The notes under the pieces are model-generated. The model searched no databases. It was not told where the DNA came from and saw only the letters and a program-made list of their open reading frames with translations. Shown piece after piece: positions 50,780 through 61,604 of a stretch of DNA of 64,000 bases. The stretch is from Chlorokybus atmophyticus. Taxonomy: Eukaryota; Plantae; Mesostigma and Chlorokybus algae. The number at the start of each line of letters is the position of its first letter. The first letter of the stretch is position 1. The stretch lies in NCBI GenBank assembly GCA_009103225.1, contig RHPI01001311.1:120808-184807 (forward strand), read 5' to 3'. The position numbers and the translations under genes are program-made.

Positions 50780-53179
50780 TTATGGACCGGGTTGGCGCTT
50801 GGCTTGGCTATTCCAGTGCCAGCCATAGCGTGCTTCTCCAGAGTCATCCTGTACCAGCCAGCGCTTGTTGACTGCAAATGTAATAAGCATGAGACCGATC
50901 TGCGAGTCAGTGAACTTTGCAAGCAGATGGTCCTCCTTCGGCAGCCTCCCAATCTGCGTCCCGTATGTCCCCCTCCAGGAAGTGTACACCTCCAGCAAGC
51001 TCTCGCGGTTGGGAACATTGGCGCAAAAGGTATTGCAGCAGATGCCAGCCAAGTGCATGAGGTGGTCAGAGCAACGATTGATCTGCAAGCAAGAATTGTT
51101 ACAAGTGTGCATCATGCAAGCATGCTGCACACGTTACAACCCACTGCAACGTTCTTACCCTCTGATTGATGTCATGCTGGTCTTCTGGCTGCACGCGCTT
51201 GTCAACCACGAGCGCGCACGCATCTTGGGGTGACTTCTGCAATGCACTCGCCTGAAGAGCAGTCTGAGCAAGGGCAGACTGCAGACGGGGCTACCAAGGA
51301 TGCAGGCCAAGCACAACTGCGTCCCTGCATCACTCAAGCAGCCGCATTAGTGCATGTCACGCATATAATCTTCCTTGCAGTTACGCTTGCAATGTGCTGT
51401 GCCGCAGCACACACTCTACTACGCTCACCAAGATATTGCTGCACAAGTGCTCGTCCCCGGTCAGCTGGCCAGCATACCCGTCCGTGTCACGTACTGGCAT
51501 GTAGACGCGTTGATCACCGATACCCTTGGCGTTGTACCACTCCAGCACCTTCACTTTGTAGCTGCGCCAAGGAGTCTCTTGCTCAAGCACCTCCAGTACT
51601 TGACCGCGCCCAACAGCCACAACCCTGCGGCTGCTGCTGCCGCTGGTGCTTGCAGCATCTCCTGCGGGTCTGCAGCACCAGCCGCATATGAATTCCTTAC
51701 GAGTGCGGGTGCAAAGCCTTGTGCAAGAGGATAAATGGCGTACCTGAAAGCCACCCAGTCCTCACGCAGCTGCGCTTGAGAAGGCGGCTCAGCAGTCAAC
51801 AAGGCAAGCAGCACAGCATTTTGGCTGGAGGGAAAGTCTGCAACGGTGAAATGTGGGCCAAGCCCGTAGTCTGTGCGCGAGCGGCGTGGAGCTGGCTCCT
51901 CTGCGTCAGCGCGCTTCTCAGCGCGTGCAGCGCGCATCTTCCCCTTGCGCTGCTCACGGGTCAAGCCCACCGTTTCGCCTGGCGTTAATGCATGGCCCCG
52001 TCTTGCATTATCCATAAACCTTAGGATTTGCTCACGAATCCATTCTGCAAACAAGAGGCAGTGAGCAGTCATTCTGCAGGAAGCACAAGACATCTGGCAG
52101 GTGGCATATAAACGCACATGCACATAGGCAGACGCATATTACTTACTTGCAGGCCAGCGCAATGTTTGTCCGTTGATCTCCAGCGGAGTGTGATTCTGCA
52201 TTACATCCGCCACCACCTCCTCCCTCATATCATAATCTGGGCCGGCCCGATGGAAGCTCCTGCCAACACAGTGGTCTGGGAACTTGGCCCACAGCTTCTC
52301 CTTTAGAAGCTTGCGGTTGTCCTCCTGTGTTCTCCACTGTGTCTCGTCCTTCTTCTTCAAGTAAGCTTGCCCATTTAGCTTCAGTCCCCTAGGCTTGTCA
52401 TCGACAAAGGCAAAGCACTTATCCTCCAGCTTTGCCTTCTTAACTGCCTCTGACTCGTCTTCGAAGTTAACTTCATCAACAGCTCCTGCGCACAAGGCCA
52501 ACAGTCAGCGCATGGCACTTGCAAAAGAGAGCAAAGCAAGCAGAGCTTTAGCCAAGCTGCAGCTTCAGCTCAGTTGCGGCTTGGCTAACGCTGTTGCTTG
52601 ACTGAAGCTGCAGACCGAAGCGTACAAAATACAGCAAGTAGAGCTTCACCCAACCTACCACTCCAGCTAAACTGCAGCTGCGGCTTGGCTGAGGCTCTGC
52701 TTGGTAGAAAGCCGATATGCAGCTTTTACTCAAGCTGCAGCTCCAGCCAAGCCGCAGGTTCAATTAGAGTTGTAGTTTTAGCTTGACTGAAGCTGCAGAC
52801 CAAAGCACACCAATGAGCAAGCAGAGTTTCAGCTGCAGGAGCAATTAAGTTGCACCAGCAGCTTGGCAGCAGACTAGTTGAAAGCAAGCACACCTGTGTC
52901 CCCAGGTTGTGCTCCCGCCTCGTCTTGCTCCTCTTCATCTTCATCTTGCAACCTCGGCTCATCCCTGTTCAACTTCTGCACGTCTTCAAGGATCCGCGAA
53001 GCAATGCTCAGCCTAGATGTGATCTGTGCAAGAATTTCTGCTGAGAGGCTGTAGTAAGCTTCTCCATCAATCTCTTCCTCCTTGAACTTCTCCGCTATTG
53101 CTTGTGCACTTGGAACCCCTCTCAACAATTTAGCTACCCGTTTGGAGATAAGCTCAACGCTCATCCTATACACTGACAT
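50780..53179 (-). CDS. Spliced SAM-domain protein with a TnpA-like C-terminal region
   Basis: Exons 53179-52894, 52485-52147, 52044-51744, 51669-51429, (51324-51295), 51251-51159, 51082-50780. SAM-like AQAIAEKFKEEEIDGEAYYSLSAEILAQITSRLSIASRILEDVQKL. C-terminal VAVGRGQV..YKVKVLEW..YMPVRDTD..NIL|GRSCAWP pattern. The 3' splicing is uncertain. Confidence 0.65.
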
Positions 53180-53415
53180 TGTGCTTGAGAGCAGCACACA
53201 ACTTTGCAGCTTGGTAGCAGCTAGAAACAGCTTCCAGCACCGCAACCTAGCAAGTAGGCTCGGAAACGCCAAGACGCAAAACAGTCAACCACCGATTTCA
53301 CTCCCGCCACCACCTTCACTACCGCCACCTCCGCCGCCGCCACCGCCGCCGCCGAAGCACTGCGGACAGCTGTGCTTCTTCGGAGTCTTACTGCGCAGAA
53401 GTCAGCTGCGCACAA

Positions 53416-53444
53416 GTTAGGGTAGGGTTAGGGTTAGGGTTAGG
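53416..53444 (+). repeat. Interstitial telomere-type tract G-TTAGGG-TAGGG-TTAGGG-TTAGGG-TTAGG
   Basis: Directly visible, located between two divergently oriented genes. Confidence 0.9.
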
Positions 53445-53577
53445 ATTCCTGAGTAATAAATAGCCACAGCAGCATACATAGGACATACAACGGCTATTCC
53501 TGTGTGTGGCGGCGGCGTGCTTGGTGGCCTCGGTTTGTGAAGCGTTGAGCTGTTGCAGCGTATTGAGCATAGCAAGC

Positions 53578-56500
53578 ATGAAGGGCAAGGCAGAGGCTAG
53601 TGCATACTGGCAGTCTGGTGCAGAGCAGCCTTGGCGCTGCAAATATTGTCAAGTCTTGTTGCAGAGGTCCGTTGTCAGCAAGGTCAAGCAGCACATTGGC
53701 TCCCTCACCTGCACCAAGATTCGTGTGGGCCCTGAACAGTTTGAGAAACTGCCAGGAGCAACGCCCAAGGAGAAGCTCCCTCACGGCTCCGAGTTGCAGC
53801 AGCTCACCGACCAAGTTGTGCAGCAGATAAAGGTGAGCTTGCTTGGTTCATGCTTACATAGCTGCATTTTTGCAAGTTTTATTGTCTGTGTCCAAGCTGC
53901 TATCTGTATGTATGCTGCTGCTGTAGGTATGCTGCTGCTAGCTGTTGAGAGTATTCCTACATACGATCAGCATCGACCCTCCACACAGGAGTAGAAGGTC
54001 GTAAGGACGAGCACTAGGTCCGGACTTAGCAAGATGGCATCGTCGGACCAGACTCCGGACTCCAGACTGGAGCCTTACTAACTGCTTCGTATCTCCGCGT
54101 ATACTTACTCATATTAGGCGTGTGAGAGCTTGTTGGAAAGCTCTGGTTGTAAGGAAGACAACGCAGCTTAGAGCGCGTCAAAAGGCTGAGTATAGCTTAC
54201 GCAGTGCTTGCAAACGTAGACGTGTGTGTAACTGGCTGGTATAAGAACCAGCGGACAACTTGTAATAGATGAATGTGATGTGACCTGTGTATGCTCTGGT
54301 GGCGGTAGCTCTGTCTCTGTGTGTCTATGCTTGCCTCAACTACATGTGCATGCTAGTCCTTCAACAGGTTATGGGCCCACACTACGCTTGAGGAGTGTGA
54401 GACTAGCTTGTGTGCATAGTAGTTCTACACTACGGTAGCTTGTTGGTAGCAGAGCCTTGGGTGTCAACTGCAAGAAAGGCAGGCTCGACAGAAATGGAGG
54501 CGACCTACGACAAGGGGCAGATTGCAAAGCTGGACACCGACAACTACAACACATGGTGCGTGGAGATGAAGGCCTTGCTCATCCACAAGAAGGTGTGGAA
54601 GTACGTTGATCCGAAGGCACCACCACCAACACCAGGAGCGAACACTGTGTGGTCAGAGCATTCAGCAGAAGCACACTCTTTGCTTGTGTTGAACAGCAAA
54701 CCGCATCACTTTCCCATGCTCACTGCATGTGAAGATGGTAGACAAGCTTGGGAAAAGCTATCAGCCGTTTTCAGAGCCAAGAACAATGCCAGAAAGTTGC
54801 ATCTACGCAAGCAGCTCAGCGCACTCAGGAAGGAGGCAGCAGAACCCATCACAAAGTATGTTGCGCGCGCGAGAGAGCTGTGGGCGGACCTCATCAACGT
54901 CGGCCACAACATGGGGGAGACGGAGGTAGTGCTGGCCATTGTTGCAGGGCTACCAGCAGAGTACGAGGTCGTCGCAACCCTGCTGGAGACGTCATCATCG
55001 GAGTTGACGTTGGACGATGTGCTACCGAAGCTGCTCACCGTGGAGCAGAGGGTTGTGAAGAAGGACGAGCAAGCGGATGCCGTCGCCTTCTACACCGGCA
55101 AGCACGCAAAGAAGAGCAACCATGAAGAGAAGTACAAGGGCAACAAGCCAGGCAATCCTCGTCACAAAGACCTCACATGCCACTGGTGTGGTTGGAAGGG
55201 GCACATTGTGAAGGACTGTAGGAAGAAACAACAGGGGCAACCTAGAGCAAGCACCAGCAACAGCGGCAACGAGCACCAACACAAGGAGAAACATGTCGCC
55301 TTCACTGCATCCAGTTCGAGGGCGGGCACAGCTTTCTGGGTGGTGGACTCTGGCTGCGATCGTCATCTCACACCAAACAAGGAGGTGATGGAGGGCTACA
55401 GGAAGCTGACGTCCACAATCAAGGTGGCGGGCTTCGGTGGCGAAGTACTGGTGGCTGAGGGAGTTGGCAACGTACGACTCCAGTGCAAGGTTGGTAACAC
55501 ACTACGCGAGGTGTTGTTACGCAACGTCCTGCATGTTCCTAAGGCTATTGCGAGTCTATTCTCTGTGAGGGTTGCGGAGCGCTTAGGCGCGGAGATCCTA
55601 TTTCGGAAGGGTGGCTGCTCAGTCATCCTTGATGGGGTCGTGCACATGGTTGGAATCGCTGATCCGGGAGGGCTCTACCACGTGGAGCAGCCTCAAGACA
55701 GAGACATTCAAGCCATGGTGGTGAAGGACAAGGAGTCGCCAACATTGTGGCATCGAAGGTTCGGGCATCTCAGCTACGTCAACCTCACTCGCCTTGTCGC
55801 TGAGAAGATGGTCAAGGGCATCCATCTCAGCACAGAAGAACTCAAGACAGCATCAGGTGCACTTTGTGAACCATGCCTGGTTGCAAAGCAGCATGCTATG
55901 CCATTCCCATCATCCTCTTCTAGCAGTCAGCATCCTTGCGAGCTTGTGCACATGGATGTCTGTGGCCCTATGCGCATTGTGGCGAAGGGAGGGGCCAGGT
56001 ACTTTGCTACATTCCTCGACGACTACAGCAAGCTGTCCATCATCTTTCCATTGACGCTCAAGTCAGAAGTTGCTGGAGCTGTGCGCACAGTTGTGGCCTT
56101 GTTGGAGACCCAGTCTGGCAACAAGATGAAGGCAATGAGGAGTGATCGAGGAGGGGAGTACATCAACAAGGAGTTGAAGGAGTTCTTCGCCAGCAAGGGC
56201 ATACGCCACGAGACAACGGCACCCTACACCCCGCAGCAGAATGGAGCAGCTGAACGCCTCAACAGGACACTCTTGGAGCGTGTTCGAGCCATGCTCAACG
56301 ACACAAAGATGGAAGACAGTTTGTGGAAGGAGGCGGTACTCACTGCCAACTACATCCGCAACAGGTCTCCGGTGAGCTCAGAGCAGAAGACTCCGTGGGA
56401 GCACTTCTATGGAGCCACACCAGATGTGAGTGGTATGCGTGTGTTTGGATGCACGGCATATGCACTAGTGCCTAAACAGCTCAGGCACAAGCTGGAGCCG

Positions 56501-59500
56501 GTCAGCAAGAAGGGCATCTTCGTTGGCTATGAACCGGGTTCCAAGGCTTACAGGATCTTGCTCGAGGACACTCAGAAGATCATCGTGAGCAGAGAGGTGG
56601 TTTTCCACGAGGGATTATCACAACCAGAAGCAGGCTTCTTTCCTGAAGATGAAGCACAGCCGGAGCATCCTGAAACAGTGGAGGCTACAGGCAAGGCCAT
56701 CATCGACGATAAGGGTGAGCAGGACTCCACTGTAGCAGACAAGCAGTCGCACCTGCAGCAGGAGCACGCAGCTCGGAGATACCCAGTGAGGGAGAGAAAG
56801 GCACCTGACTTCTTACACAAGGCACACCTCGCCAGTGTGCAAAATGAGGAGCCAAGCACCTACGAGGAGGCATTGTTAGCACCAGATGCGGAGCAATGGC
56901 AGCGTGCTATGGACGAGGAGATTGCGTCACTCCATGCCAACAACACTTGGTCACTGGAGCAGTTACCGCAAGGAGTGAAGACCATTCCAGTGAAATGGGT
57001 CTTCAAGGTGAAGCGTGATGGTCAGGGCAACATTGAGCGCTACAAGGCAAGACTGGTGGCAAAGGGCTTCTTGCAGCAGGAAGGTGTGGACTTCAACGAA
57101 GTGTTTGCACCTGCAAGTAAGCATACCACCTTCCGTGCACTGCTAGCTATGGTTGCTGCTGAAGACCTAGAGCTGCATCACCTGGATGTGAAGACTGCCT
57201 TCCTCTACGGAGAGCTGGAGGAGGAGATCTTCATCGAGCAACCACCTGGATATGAAGAAGGGGAGAGAGGCACAGCGTGCAAGCTGATTAAGGCTCTGTA
57301 CGGGCTACGACAGGCACCGCGTATGTGGCACATCAAGCTTACCAAGGAGCTTGAGGCACTTGGCTTCACCGCATCCTCTGCAGACCCTGGGCTCTTCATC
57401 CATGTAGACAACAAGGTCTGGCTGCTCGTGTATGTTGATGATATCATCATCACCGCTAGGCAGGTGCACCACCTGCAGGAGACGAAACTTGCTCTACAGC
57501 AAGCATTCTCAGTTCGTGATCTTGGCGAGGCCAAGTGGTTCCTTGGCATGGTGATTGAGTGCGACAGGGCGGCTCACACAATCAAGATCAGTCAGGAGCA
57601 GATGGTGAGAAGACTCGTCACCAAGTTTGGGCTCACTGAAGCGAAGACCAAGACCACACCGTTGGCACTTGGCACTGCCCTCATCAAGGCAAATGATGAG
57701 GAGGTACTCGACAAGTCTCAGTATCCATATGGTGAGCTAGTAGGCAGCATGCTCTATCTGGCAGTGTGCACACGTCCCGATGTTGCACATGCTGTGGGAG
57801 TACTTGCTCGCTACATGTCTGCACCGAGCATGGAGCACTGGAGAGCAGCAAAGGGAGTACTACGCTATGTTGCTGGGAGCGCAACAGTTGGCATCAAGTT
57901 TGGGAGCGGGAGCACTAAGTTGGAGGGCTACTGCGACTCGGACTTTGCTGGTGACCTCAACAGCAGGAGGTCCACTACAGGCTACGTCTTCAAGCTGAAC
58001 GGAGGCGTGGTGAGCTGGAACAGCAGGCTGCAGCCAACAACAGCAGCATCTACATCAGAGGCTGAGTACATGGCAGCGGCAGCAGCAGTGAAGGAGGCAC
58101 TCTGGCTTCGCAAGCTCATGGCAGACTTGGAGCACCCCATGGCGTGCATCGTCATCAACTGTGACAACCAAGGAGCCATCAAGTTGTTGAAGCACCCTAT
58201 CGCCTCGGCAAGGACGAAGCACATTGATGTCATGCATCACTTTGTGCGTGACAGAGTCACAAGGAAGGAGGTGGAGTTCCAGTACTGCAACACTGAGGGC
58301 ATGCTGGCGGACTTCATGACAAAGCCATTGTCACCACTCAAGTTCAAGACTTGTTGTGCAGGACTTGGCATCTGTGTTTGACTACAGGAGCAAGCGTTGG
58401 AGGTCAAGCTGCTCGCGTGGGAGTGTTGAGAGTATTCCTACATACGATCAGCATCGACCCTCCACACAGGAGTAGAAGGTCGTAAGGACGAGCACTAAGT
58501 CCGGACTTAGCAAGATGGCATCGTCGGATCAGACTCCGGACTCCAGACTGGAGCCTTACTAACTACTTTGTATCTCCGCGTATACTTACTCATATTGAGC
58601 GTGTAAGAGCTTGTTGAAAAGCTCTGGTTGTAAGGAAGACAACACAGCTTAGAGCGCGTCAAAAGGCTGAGTATAGCTTACGCAGTGCTTGCAAACGTAG
58701 ACGTGTGTGTAACTGGCTGGTAAAAGAACCAGCGGACAACTTGTAATAGATGAATGTGATGTGACTTGTGTATGCTCTGGTGGCGGTAGCTTTGTTTCTG
58801 TGTGTCTATGCTTGCCTCAGCTACATGTGCATGCTAGTCCTTCAACACTAGCTGTATGTATCTCTGTCTGTGTATGCATCTCTGTCTGTTTATGTATCTT
58901 TAAAGCTGAAGTAACTACCCATACAGGACGGTGAGCACTTGGCAAACCCGGAAGATTGGGGACCTAGCGGCCCCCCCGAAGGATGGAAGCTGGAGAAGAC
59001 TTCAACCGGGCACAAATGGGTGAACACGCATCCTCCCAACCCAGCTGCATCAGAGCAGAAGGACAAGGGGAAGGAGGAGGAGCAGGAGGAGGAGCAGGAG
59101 GTGTCGGATGAGGAGGAATCAGAGGAGGAGGAATCACCAGCAGCTGAGACCCCAGCAAAAAAGCCAAGACAAGAATCATCCTCCAAGAAGAACGGCCAGC
59201 CTTCAGTTTCACAAACGCCAGCAAAGTCTACCAAAGCAACGCGGTCTGGAAGTATAAGCAAGCATCTACATGCAGCCAAGCTTGTGGATGTAGGGTCTGA
59301 CGGATGCACACTGACTGACTGAATGCATCTGCCCTGCAGGCGCATGTCAAGCCCACAGAACTGGCACACCCTACCTGGGACATGGTGCTGGCCACCGAGG
59401 AGCTTGTGGACAACTTGAACGAGGTAAGTCCACAACCCGGTCATGATTGCTTCAGTTTGCACTTCATTTGTGCATTTACGAATGGCACAGGCTGTCAAGA

Positions 59501-61481
59501 AGATGTCTTTAGTGTCTAAACGCGTGGAGAGAATGCTAGACCTTGCAGCTGATGAAAAACAGAGCTTGCAACAATTGTGGAACACCATCCAAACGGAGAG
59601 ATCACAGTCGCTGACTGTTTTTGACAACATGAATTCTTGTCGTGAAATCTTGAAGACTGAAAGAAAACAGCTAGACTTGGACAAGGTCTTTGGTGTGTTT
59701 ACTCTTTGTGCATTCTGCAGGGGATACACTGACTGGTACACTCACCTTGAGTTGTATGTGCTTGCAGGCAGCAGCCAAGGCTCTTCTGAAAGAAGCTGCC
59801 AGGGAGCACAAGGAGCTGCGCACTGCACGCGAAAAGCTGGAGAAAGAGCGCAAGGTGCTGGAGGACAGATTACGCAAAGAGGCAAACACTCCCTCAGCTC
59901 TGCTGCGCGATACCCATAACACCGTAAAGATCAACGAGCAGCACCTCTTGGAGATCAGGCGTATGCTGGCGGGTGGTCTTCAACAAGCTTCAACAAGTAG
60001 CTTCCATTCTCTGCCGGGACCCGAGGCGATGGAGGTGGAGGCGAGGAGCCAGCAGGAGCTGGAGGAGGAGAGGAGGAGGAGGCAGAAAGGAAGAGGCAGG
60101 AGGAGGAGGAGGAGGAGAGGAAGAAGAAGGAGGAGGAGGAGAGGAAGAGACAGGAGGCGGTCGCACGGCTACAACAGGAGGCTGCGCGCTTAGGGTTCGT
60201 CTTGAAGACGCCGGTGGATGAAGAGGAAGAAAAGGAGCAGCAGGCGGAGGAGCGGAAGAGGAGGCTGGAGGAGGAGACGAGAAAGAGGAGGGAGCAGGAG
60301 GAGAAAAAAAGGAGGGAGGAGGCGCTGTTACGGCTACAGCAGGAGGCTGCGCTATTAGGGGTGACCGTGGCCCCACAGCCTTCAGATTCTGCTGCGGGGA
60401 CCTCACAGCCTTCACCTTCCGCTACTTTAACTGCGTCGAAAGAACAAGAGCAGGAAGAACAATCTTCCAGTGACGAGGACGTGGAGAAAGAACCCGCTCC
60501 CGCTGCCACGACAGCTCCTGCTCGTAAGTTTTTATCAGTGAATGTGTGAGACTGCAGGAGAGACTGTAGGAGAGACTGTAGGAGAGACTGAGCTTGTTTA
60601 TGTGTGTTAGCAAGAGAAAGAACTCGAATGCCAAGAACACATGGAGGGTAGGTCCGGTAAGATTAGCTCAAAAGATGGAGATTACCTGCTTGNGAGCTTT
60701 GAATTCCAAGAACACATGGAGGGTAGGTCCGGTAAGATTAGCTCAAAAGATGGAGATTACCTGCTTGTGAGCTTGTGAAAGGTGATCGGTTGCTGTGGTT
60801 GCAGAAGCCGGCGAGGATGAGGAGCAGGAGGAGGAGGAGGTGCTGGGGGTTCCCCCGGGAAACGCATTCCTCGCGCTAGAGGAGTATCTGGCGCAGCAGC
60901 AGCTGCAGCAGCAGCAGCAGATAGTGCCAGCACCCCCACAAAACCCAGTTCAAGACATTGACCTCATGAGGCAAATGTCAGATCTGCAACAGAGGTACCA
61001 GGAGCGTGTCAGGCAGATCAGGACGTTGCAGGCCTGGCGGAGCAACATGTCGGAGTTAGTCAGGGAACAGGTAGAGGAGCGTGACAGGCAGATCAGGAGG
61101 TACAGGGCACAGCTTCAAGAGCGAGAGAGAGAGATCACAGCTTACCGCGCACAGCTCAATAGGTTGCAAGTGTCTCCAACCTACGTTGTGCCTCAAGCAT
61201 TGGAAGCAGTTCCAATGCCTTCTTCACCTCTCATTGCTATTCCCGCTCTGCTGCCTGGAGGTAGAGGAGCCATGTCTTTGCCTGCGATTCCCGAGGATAC
61301 TACACCTCCAGCTGCTCGTCCTGCTCTGCTGCCTTCAGCTCCACGTGGACATGGGCACAGAGGTAGAGGTAGGGGCTTCTCGCTGGTCATGCATGGATCT
61401 TCAGCAGAGTCCACTGGCGGACAAGAAGCTGAACCTCCAACGAGACGACGAGGTGGTCCTCCACGCTGCAACACGCACTAG
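53578..61481 (+). CDS. Spliced BED-type zinc-finger / acidic / coiled-coil protein, with a Copia insertion in intron 1 and a frameshift near 60088
   Basis: Exons 53578-53832, 58927-~59289, 59340-59423, 59491-59685, 59768-60523, 60805-61481. N-terminal YWQSGAEQPWRCKYCQVLLQRSVVSKVKQHIGSLTC is BED-like. Also PPEGWKLEKTSTGHKWVN and long coiled-coil stretches. Confidence 0.6.
53943..54366 (+). repeat. 5' LTR
   Basis: TG...CA, 424 bp, about 14 mismatches to the 3' LTR. Confidence 0.97.
54367..54378 (+). promoter_or_regulatory. Primer-binding site GGTTATGGGCCC (internal half-tRNA-iMet type)
   Basis: Directly abuts the 5' LTR. Matches the PBS type known from Drosophila copia, which pairs with an internal part of initiator tRNA-Met rather than its 3' CCA end. 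Confidence 0.85.
54494..58381 (+). CDS. Copia Gag-Pol polyprotein (Gag, zinc knuckle, protease, integrase, RT, RNase H), intact
   Basis: CHWCGWKGHIVKDC, VVDSGC, WHRRFGH..CEPC, VHMDVCGP..RSDRGGEY..NGAAERLNRTL, YKARLVAKG, DVKTAFL, VYVDDII, YCDSDFAG..KHIDV..ADFMTKPL, in Copia order (IN before RT). Confidence 0.97.
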   Translation: MEATYDKGQIAKLDTDNYNTWCVEMKALLIHKKVWKYVDPKAPPPTPGANTVWSEHSAEAHSLLVLNSKPHHFPMLTACEDGRQAWEKLSAVFRAKNNARKLHLRKQLSALRKEAAEPITKYVARARELWADLINVGHNMGETEVVLAIVAGLPAEYEVVATLLETSSSELTLDDVLPKLLTVEQRVVKKDEQADAVAFYTGKHAKKSNHEEKYKGNKPGNPRHKDLTCHWCGWKGHIVKDCRKKQQGQPRASTSNSGNEHQHKEKHVAFTASSSRAGTAFWVVDSGCDRHLTPNKEVMEGYRKLTSTIKVAGFGGEVLVAEGVGNVRLQCKVGNTLREVLLRNVLHVPKAIASLFSVRVAERLGAEILFRKGGCSVILDGVVHMVGIADPGGLYHVEQPQDRDIQAMVVKDKESPTLWHRRFGHLSYVNLTRLVAEKMVKGIHLSTEELKTASGALCEPCLVAKQHAMPFPSSSSSSQHPCELVHMDVCGPMRIVAKGGARYFATFLDDYSKLSIIFPLTLKSEVAGAVRTVVALLETQSGNKMKAMRSDRGGEYINKELKEFFASKGIRHETTAPYTPQQNGAAERLNRTLLERVRAMLNDTKMEDSLWKEAVLTANYIRNRSPVSSEQKTPWEHFYGATPDVSGMRVFGCTAYALVPKQLRHKLEPVSKKGIFVGYEPGSKAYRILLEDTQKIIVSREVVFHEGLSQPEAGFFPEDEAQPEHPETVEATGKAIIDDKGEQDSTVADKQSHLQQEHAARRYPVRERKAPDFLHKAHLASVQNEEPSTYEEALLAPDAEQWQRAMDEEIASLHANNTWSLEQLPQGVKTIPVKWVFKVKRDGQGNIERYKARLVAKGFLQQEGVDFNEVFAPASKHTTFRALLAMVAAEDLELHHLDVKTAFLYGELEEEIFIEQPPGYEEGERGTACKLIKALYGLRQAPRMWHIKLTKELEALGFTASSADPGLFIHVDNKVWLLVYVDDIIITARQVHHLQETKLALQQAFSVRDLGEAKWFLGMVIECDRAAHTIKISQEQMVRRLVTKFGLTEAKTKTTPLALGTALIKANDEEVLDKSQYPYGELVGSMLYLAVCTRPDVAHAVGVLARYMSAPSMEHWRAAKGVLRYVAGSATVGIKFGSGSTKLEGYCDSDFAGDLNSRRSTTGYVFKLNGGVVSWNSRLQPTTAASTSEAEYMAAAAAVKEALWLRKLMADLEHPMACIVINCDNQGAIKLLKHPIASARTKHIDVMHHFVRDRVTRKEVEFQYCNTEGMLADFMTKPLSPLKFKTCCAGLGICV
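58424..58847 (+). repeat. 3' LTR
   Basis: TG...CA, 424 bp. Confidence 0.97.
60631..60774 (+). repeat. Intronic tandem duplication, 69 bp with 75-bp period
   Basis: ccaagaacacatggaggg...gagctt at 60631 and 60706; one N in the first copy. Confidence 0.9.
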
Positions 61482-61604
61482 TTTGGTGATAGTTATGTGT
61501 AGATTGCGTGGCTTAGGAGCGACTTACAGTGATGCTGCTGTACATATATACAAGCCCTTTTCTGCTTGATACCAGACTGCATGCCAAGGCACAGCTCACC
61601 TTAA

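Larger units (their letters stand above)
53943..58847 (+). mobile_element. Full-length Ty1/Copia LTR retrotransposon with 5-bp TSD CTAGC
   Basis: Two 424-bp LTRs (TGTTGA...TCAACA). CTAGC at 53938-53942 and 58848-58852. PBS, a single gag-pol ORF, and a short purine tract GGGAG before the 3' LTR. Confidence 0.98.
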
